This document shows positions 44,819-45,307 of a DNA stretch of 45,307 nucleotides, one piece after another. This DNA comes from Planctomycetota bacterium (GTDB lineage: Bacteria; Planctomycetota; UBA8108; UBA1146). Each line of letters opens with the position of its first letter. Within the stretch, counting starts at the first letter, position 1. The stretch is from the NCBI GenBank assembly GCA_036338595.1, contig JAYZBV010000025.1, positions 1 through 45,307 of the forward strand. The letters are read 5' to 3'. A program made the position numbers and the translations under genes. The notes beneath the pieces were generated by a model. It did not search any database. It was not told the DNA's origin and saw only the letters and a program-made list of their open reading frames with translations.

Positions 44819-45307
44819 TGCTGCCTCTGCCGTTCCAGAGTCCTGGACTTCTCGATTCTGTAGGGGGGACGACCTCGTTCCCTGGCCCCGAGCCACTCTG
44901 TCAGCACCCCTGTCAGCAGTAACTGCAGGCCTGCAAGGCTCAACAGGATGCCGAGAGCCAGCAGCGGATATCTATGATGAATGGTGCCATCGGAGATGCG
45001 CAGATAAGTGATGTAGGCGAGGATCACGACTCCGGGAAGACCCAGATAGACGCTCCAACGGAAGAAGGGAACCCCCGGTCTCCCCTGGCTCTTGAGCAGT
45101 GCGAGAATCGCAACCAGATCGAGCATCGCTGAGAATGCACGCAGCGGACCGAAGTGGGATCGTCCTGTCTGACGCTTCCGGTGCGACACCTGAACCTCAT
45201 CGACACGATACCCCCAGTGAGCAGCGACCAGATGCATGAAGCGAAATCTGCCGCCGGAAAGTGGCAACTCACGAGCCAGGTCGCTTCGGATCAACTTGAA
45301 TCCACAA
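44815..45307 (-). CDS. Glycosyltransferase family 2, ArnC/polyprenol-P-sugar synthase-like (5' truncated by window)
   Basis: CGFKLIR at window edge, RFMHLVA, EVQVSHRKRQTGRSHF, two C-terminal TM helices, RPPYRIE. Confidence 0.82.
   Translation of the reverse strand, partial: CGFKLIRSDLARELPLSGGRFRFMHLVAAHWGYRVDEVQVSHRKRQTGRSHFGPLRAFSAMLDLVAILALLKSQGRPGVPFFRWSVYLGLPGVVILAYITYLRISDGTIHHRYPLLALGILLSLAGLQLLLTGVLTEWLGARERGRPPYRIEKSRTLERQRQQ

Overview
GC-rich bacterial chromosomal window, most consistent with a Planctomycetota genome (inferred from the B2-less PheT, the double-NfeD/FloA operon, the large Hanks-type kinase and the TMTC-like glycosyltransferase). It is mostly housekeeping: nuoF-N, an L,D-transpeptidase, infC-rpmI-rplT-pheS-pheT, aspS, dprA, rlmN, tRNA-Ala(GGC), tRNA-Leu(CAA), rplM-rpsI, nfeD-nfeD-floA and a coupled glycosylation operon. 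No CRISPR array, integrase, transposase or prophage was seen. The standout is an intact ~925-aa leucyl-tRNA synthetase paralog (28066-30843). It has lost both class I ATP-binding motifs (HIGH, KMSKS), the first Zn domain and the CP1 editing residues. It keeps most of the leucine pocket and the tRNA-binding C-terminal domains, and it has gained a ~130-aa acidic tandem-repeat insertion and an Arg-rich insertion. This looks like a repurposed pseudo-synthetase, possibly a leucine or Leu-tRNA sensor. Other notable items: an ATC start for infC, a sigma54-type promoter before an orphan Cys-rich ORF, a kinase fused to a degenerate STAND NTPase, a sphingomyelin-synthase-like gene coupled to an acyltransferase, and a GT2-GT4-TMTC-SpeE-like operon. 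All family calls are by motif recognition; no searches were run.
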